NCBI GenBank assembly: GCA_041489255.1
Contig: JBGPQV010000001.1
Coordinates: 10,596-74,595 of the forward strand
Direction of reading: 5' to 3'
Length of the DNA stretch: 64,000 nucleotides
From: Thermoplasmata archaeon
Lineage (GTDB): Archaea > Thermoplasmatota > Thermoplasmata > RBG-16-68-12 > JAFNFQ01
Shown: piece after piece, positions 59,922 to 64,000 of the stretch
Numbering within the stretch: position 1 is the first letter of the stretch
Layout: each line of letters opens with the position of its first letter
Translations under genes and position numbers: made by a program
The notes under the pieces: generated by a model
What the model saw: the letters and a program-made list of their open reading frames with translations, nothing else
Database searches by the model: none
Told to the model about the DNA's origin: nothing

Positions 59922-60854
59922 ATGTCGTCGTTCGAAGGCCTAGATGTCATCTCGATCTCGGATTTCTCGAAAGAAGACGTGATGAGGGTCCTGAAGACCG
60001 CCAAGGGGATGGTGCCCATGGCGACGGGCAGGAAGCCGGACAGATCCCTCGAGGGGAAGATAATGTCCGCCCTCTTTTTCGAACCCAGCACGCGGACTCG
60101 ACTTTCCTTCGAGAGCGCGATGAAGAGACTTGGCGGTGGCGTGCTCGGCTTCGCCCAGCCCGAGGGCACCTCGATAATGAAGGGCGAGACTCTGGCGGAC
60201 ACTGTCAGGATGGTCGATGCCTACTCGGACGTGGTAGTCATCCGGCACCCCCATGAAGGGGCGGCGCGGCTCGCGGCAGACTTCGCATCCAAGCCCGTCA
60301 TCAATGCAGGTGATGGTGCGGGCCAGCATCCCACGCAAACGCTTCTCGACTTATATACGATCTGGGAAGGGCTCGGGAAGCTGGATGGCGTCAACATCGC
60401 CCTTGTCGGCGACCTGAAGTATGGAAGGACCGTGCACTCGCTGACCACGGCGCTGTCAATGTTCCGCACCAACCTCAGCTTCGTCGCACCGCCGTCTCTC
60501 CAGATGCCGAGGGAACTGATAGACCAGGTCAAGGAGAAGGGGCTACCTCTGAAGATGACCCACGACATCCGCGATGTCATCAACGATGTCGACGTGCTCT
60601 ACGTCACGAGGATCCAGAAAGAGAGGTTCCCGGATCCGCAGGAGTATGCAAAGGTGGCGGGTACCTACCGAATCGATATACCCCTGTTGCGCGATGTGAA
60701 GAAGAACCTCATGATCATGCACCCCCTGCCGCGCGTTGACGAGATTGCAGCAGAAGTGGACGAGACCCCCTACGCGAGATATTTCCAGCAGGCTCTCAAC
60801 GGTGTGTCGGTCAGGATGGCCCTACTGTCGCTCATACTGGGGGGGACCAAATGA
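59922..60854 (+). CDS. pyrB: Aspartate carbamoyltransferase catalytic subunit
   Basis: [16 protein letters not shown] and HPLPR motifs. Confidence 0.95.
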   Translation: MSSFEGLDVISISDFSKEDVMRVLKTAKGMVPMATGRKPDRSLEGKIMSALFFEPSTRTRLSFESAMKRLGGGVLGFAQPEGTSIMKGETLADTVRMVDAYSDVVVIRHPHEGAARLAADFASKPVINAGDGAGQHPTQTLLDLYTIWEGLGKLDGVNIALVGDLKYGRTVHSLTTALSMFRTNLSFVAPPSLQMPRELIDQVKEKGLPLKMTHDIRDVINDVDVLYVTRIQKERFPDPQEYAKVAGTYRIDIPLLRDVKKNLMIMHPLPRVDEIAAEVDETPYARYFQQALNGVSVRMALLSLILGGTK

Positions 60855-61306
60855 GAGAGCTTCGCGTGCAGCCGATCAAGAACGGTACGGTCATCGACCA
60901 CATACCTTCGGGCATGGCCCTGAAGGTCCTGAAGATTCTTGGAATAAGCGGCAACGTCGCGTCGACGGTGACCGTCGCCATGCACGTCGCGAGCGCGAAG
61001 ATGAAGTGGAAAGATATAGTGAAGGTGGAGGATAGGGAACTCAACCCGCGCGAGGTCGACAAAATCTGCCTCATTGCCCCCTCAGCGACTGTCAACGTCA
61101 TCAGGAACTACAATGTCGCGGAGAAGAGGCGCGTCTCACTGCCGGAAAGGGCCGTGGGAATCCTCAAGTGCGGCAATCCCAACTGCATCACGAACCAGAG
61201 GGAGCCTGTGGAAACGGTGTTTATAGTCGGCAGCAAGACGCCCCTGCTACTGAGATGCAGGTACTGCGACCGCATGCTCGAGGACGTCGCCGCCGCGATC
61301 GTTTGA
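60851..61306 (+). CDS. pyrI: Aspartate carbamoyltransferase regulatory subunit
   Basis: Overlaps the pyrB stop (ATGA). [10 protein letters not shown] and C-terminal Zn motif CGNPNC...CRYC. Confidence 0.93.
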   Translation: MRELRVQPIKNGTVIDHIPSGMALKVLKILGISGNVASTVTVAMHVASAKMKWKDIVKVEDRELNPREVDKICLIAPSATVNVIRNYNVAEKRRVSLPERAVGILKCGNPNCITNQREPVETVFIVGSKTPLLLRCRYCDRMLEDVAAAIV

Positions 61307-61387
61307 GCGCGACAGATCGGCGTCCTTGCCCCGACCGAAGCATTAATCTACTCGATTCTGCTTTCTGGTTATAGGGATGGTGAGAAG

Positions 61388-61672
61388 TTGCTCGAAGAAG
61401 TTTCCGAGCTCATCGGCCTGCAGGTCTACACGAACAACGGCGTTTTCCTCGGCAACGTGAACAACCTTGTAGTTGACGTCGACAACGGCCTCGTGGAAGG
61501 CGTATTCGTCGGGGAGACGAATCCGCTCCTTGTCGAGGGTTCCAAGGCCGTAAGCGTGCCCTATAGGTGGGTGCAGAGCGTCGGAGACATCGTGATCCTG
61601 AGGTATTTCCCCAAGCGGGTCAGCCTTAAGAAATCCCCGTCGTCCGCGAAGACACCGGAGTCGAAGAAGTAG
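61388..61672 (+). CDS. PRC-barrel domain protein
   Basis: 94 aa, LIGLQVYTNNGVFLGNVNNLVVD pattern. TTG start inferred. Confidence 0.65.
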   Translation: MLEEVSELIGLQVYTNNGVFLGNVNNLVVDVDNGLVEGVFVGETNPLLVEGSKAVSVPYRWVQSVGDIVILRYFPKRVSLKKSPSSAKTPESKK

Positions 61673-61766
61673 CCGGAGCCGTATTTGCACAACCTTTTTC
61701 ATCCAGCAGGCTTTCGCGCAGCGATAGCCATCTGAGGACAATCTCGACCGAGCGGGAGAGTGGCGC

Positions 61767-62165
61767 ATGAAGCTCCGCTTCGAATTGTTGGAAGTCAGCA
61801 AGCTGAAGAGCCATGAGGAGATCAGACCGGAGTTGCTTGACAGCCTGGTGAGAGAGATCCAGGCCGACGGTTACCTCAGGAAGCCCGTCCTCGTGGAAGA
61901 CCGCCACTACGTAATCCTCGACGGCCACCACAGGTATGAGGCGCTCAAGAAGCTCGGCTGCAGGAAGATACCCGTGTACCTCGTCGACTACTTCGACGAC
62001 GCAATCTACCTGACCACATGGCCGGGAGCGAAACACACGCACGTGACGAAGGACGATGTTCTGAAAATGGCGGGATCTGGCGGGCTCTATCCCCCGAAAA
62101 CCACGAGACACATCGTAAACATCGAGCTGAGAGAAGTGAAGGTGAAGCTCACCGAGCTGATGTGA
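61767..62165 (+). CDS. ParB/sulfiredoxin-fold domain protein
   Basis: 132 aa, ILDGHHRYEALKKLG motif and PPKTTRH near the C-terminus. Confidence 0.65.
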   Translation: MKLRFELLEVSKLKSHEEIRPELLDSLVREIQADGYLRKPVLVEDRHYVILDGHHRYEALKKLGCRKIPVYLVDYFDDAIYLTTWPGAKHTHVTKDDVLKMAGSGGLYPPKTTRHIVNIELREVKVKLTELM

Positions 62166-62168
62166 GAT

Positions 62169-62708
62169 TCATTTCTTCGGCCTGGCACCCATTGCCTTGG
62201 TCATCATTCTGTCGTGCTGCCCTATCTCGAACATGCAGTGCCGTGAACCGCTAGCCCTGCATTCGACCTCGAGACACATGATGTCTTCTCGCCCGGCGAG
62301 TTCTTGATAGAAACCTGCGAACACACCGCGGGTATAATCGCAAACAGGGCCTTTGGCGAGATGCTTGTTCTCCTTGAATGCGAACGCCTCAAAGGCGGTA
62401 GGCGCATCGCACTCGATGATGACCCGCGGTTCCCGCCAGTCGGCGTCCGAGATGAAGAAGTTGCCAAAGCCCGCCTGAGAGAATATCTCGATGCAATCTG
62501 CAAGGCCTTCCGTACCGACCTTGATCATCCCTATCCTTCCCGCGGAGCTGGCGAAGCGCTTGCCTCCCTGGACACCTGCAAGATAGAGCAGTGTTGAGGC
62601 GGCTGGACCTATCGATTTCTCCAGGGAATCACGAATGGAGTAGAACGCGCCACCTATCTCGAAGAGACACATCCTCAGACCGCCGACCCTGATCTCTCCT
62701 CGCTGCAC
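62169..62708 (-). CDS. V4R (4-vinyl reductase) domain protein
   Basis: C-terminal CDYTRGVFAG...CLEVECRASGSRHCMF cysteine pattern is typical of V4R. Confidence 0.7.
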   Translation of the reverse strand: MQRGEIRVGGLRMCLFEIGGAFYSIRDSLEKSIGPAASTLLYLAGVQGGKRFASSAGRIGMIKVGTEGLADCIEIFSQAGFGNFFISDADWREPRVIIECDAPTAFEAFAFKENKHLAKGPVCDYTRGVFAGFYQELAGREDIMCLEVECRASGSRHCMFEIGQHDRMMTKAMGARPKK

Positions 62709-62796
62709 GAAATTGGCTATGCCCTCTTCGCCGTCCGGTATCTCCTCACCCTCCGAGGCCTGACCGTGTCATATATATGCATGCCCACATATTATG

Positions 62797-63333
62797 CTAT
62801 CGTCTGGAAGATGCGTGTTCCCCTGAATCCACGACGGTCTTGCCGCGTTCGGATGGGATGATCGTCAGCCTGCCCTTCACGACCCTCCTGACACCCTCCC
62901 CGCAGAGGAACCTGTCCAGAAACACAGCCACCGCCGCCACCTCGGAATGCGGCTGATTGCCGACCGCCACATTGAAGTCGGCCATTTCGTAGATCTCCGG
63001 CGGCACCTTCTCCGCACCAACCACCACTAGAACATCTCCCTTCGGAATATTGGGGACTGCCTCGCCAATTGGAAGGCCGTACATCGTCAGGTGCACCACC
63101 GTCCCCTGCCACGCTCTCACGAGCTTCTTCCAATCCACTCCGTCCTCGATCTCGAAATCACCGCCAAAACGGGCAACCACGGACCTCACCGAGCGTACAA
63201 GGCCCGCGTCTTTGGAGGACAGAAATATCTTGTCCGCACCGAAAGCCCTGGCGGTCAAAGCCACATGCGTGGTCACGCGCTTGTCCCGTCCGATCCTGTG
63301 ACCAAGGCGCAGGATTGCCAGCATCTCGTCCAC
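62797..63333 (-). CDS. trm56: tRNA (cytidine56-2'-O)-methyltransferase (SPOUT family)
   Basis: LRLGHRIGRDKRVTTHVALTARAFGA and NVAVGNQPHSEVAA match aTrm56. 178 aa. Confidence 0.85.
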   Translation of the reverse strand: MDEMLAILRLGHRIGRDKRVTTHVALTARAFGADKIFLSSKDAGLVRSVRSVVARFGGDFEIEDGVDWKKLVRAWQGTVVHLTMYGLPIGEAVPNIPKGDVLVVVGAEKVPPEIYEMADFNVAVGNQPHSEVAAVAVFLDRFLCGEGVRRVVKGRLTIIPSERGKTVVDSGEHASSRR

Positions 63334-63852
63334 CTATTCTTCCCAGAGCATCGAGTAGAAGAAGAGCGCGAAGCTCGCGTTCGTCAGCACGAAAATCGCG
63401 TAGAGGTAGATGAGGCGCAGGTAGTCCGGCCAGAAGATGCTCGTCATGACGAAAGTCAGAAGGAGCAGAAGCGCCCAGATCATGCCCGCCACGAACTTCG
63501 TGCCACGCTCCGTGACTCTGAGCGGCCTGATGCGGAGATCGTCCAGCATGTAGAAGAATGCGACAAGCGTCGAGAGAACCATCCCCGATATCCCGAAGAC
63601 GTAGGTGTACAAGCCCCCCTGCATGACTATCCCGAGATACACGAGAACGACGAGCAGGACGAACGCGGCGCCCGCCCCCATGGCCAGCCTGCCCTTGCTG
63701 GCAACCCGAGGGGAGAGTTGCGCGAGATCCTTGAAGTCCATATGCGCGGACGTCCTTTCCGCTCTTTCTGTGGCTGGGGCTGCACCCGCCCCTGTCCCGG
63801 CATCCGCGAACTCATCAGGAGTATTCTCGAAGGGATTCTCGTCCTCGGACAT
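63334..63852 (-). CDS. Membrane protein (4 TM helices), function unknown
   Basis: 172-aa ORF with an acidic N-terminus followed by hydrophobic helices. Its stop abuts the trm56 start. Confidence 0.55.
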   Translation of the reverse strand: MSEDENPFENTPDEFADAGTGAGAAPATERAERTSAHMDFKDLAQLSPRVASKGRLAMGAGAAFVLLVVLVYLGIVMQGGLYTYVFGISGMVLSTLVAFFYMLDDLRIRPLRVTERGTKFVAGMIWALLLLLTFVMTSIFWPDYLRLIYLYAIFVLTNASFALFFYSMLWEE

Positions 63853-63856
63853 TGGA

Positions 63857-64000
63857 CTAGTCCTCGAACTTCTGCACTCGGTGCCCGCGGAAATCCAAGC
63901 GCGACGATCTCTTGACGAGCGCCCTGAGCATCGTCTGAGTCACGGCGAGTTCATCTGCGAGGTCTCCTGCGAACTTGCCCTCCTCACCAACCGATTTGGC
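63857..64000 (-). CDS. C-terminal fragment of an HTH-like protein (5' end outside window)
   Basis: Manual translation gives ...GDLADELAVTQTMLRALVKRSSRLDFRGHRVQKFED*, open to the window edge. Confidence 0.4.
   Translation of the reverse strand, partial: AKSVGEEGKFAGDLADELAVTQTMLRALVKRSSRLDFRGHRVQKFED

Overview
GC-rich archaeal chromosomal segment of about 60 genes with strong G/C third-codon bias, so most long antisense or alternate-frame ORFs in the track are shadows. Core content: the RNA polymerase operon on the minus strand (rpoH, unsplit rpoB, rpoA1, rpoA2, rpl30e, nusA), aEF-1beta with its small Zn-ribbon partner, archaeal-type SAM synthetase, archaeosine synthase ArcS, aTrm56, KsgA, RNase Z, sdhACDB, pyrBI, mevalonate kinase, acyl-CoA dehydrogenase, a DhnA-type aldolase with a Zn-ADH, transporters (ABC-2, ArsB/NhaD-like, APC-Usp fusion, MscS) and a vapBC pair. 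There are four tRNA genes and three carry introns. No rRNA, CRISPR array, transposase or integrase was seen. Unsplit rpoB with split rpoA fits Thermoplasmata-like, Thermococci or TACK archaea, but lineage cannot be fixed from this window. Observations worth follow-up: (1) an SNF2 ATPase plus a coiled-coil protein with about eight CxxC pairs sits directly downstream of nusA, where rps12-rps7 normally follow, and one extra G in a G-run would fuse the two ORFs. (2) A tRNA-Lys(UUU) gene needs three introns (D-loop, anticodon loop, T-loop) to fold. (3) A 29/34-nt degenerate copy of the tRNA-Tyr 3' end lies about 0.8 kb downstream of that tRNA and brackets vapBC, an integration scar. (4) A Rab/Ras-like small GTPase is translationally coupled to a mini-TPR protein. 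(5) RpoA'' has an N-terminal extension of about 100 aa resembling a RadA-type (HhH)2 domain. (6) There are three large low-annotation proteins: a wHTH-STAND-TPR ATPase, a 1368-aa TPR protein with a zinc-finger tail, and a 1321-aa membrane-anchored orphan. (7) A radical-SAM gene has an in-frame TAG, and a Zn-finger/TM protein gene has a homopolymer frameshift. Many genes appear leaderless, with a BRE/TATA element about 25-28 nt upstream of ATG, GTG or TTG starts.
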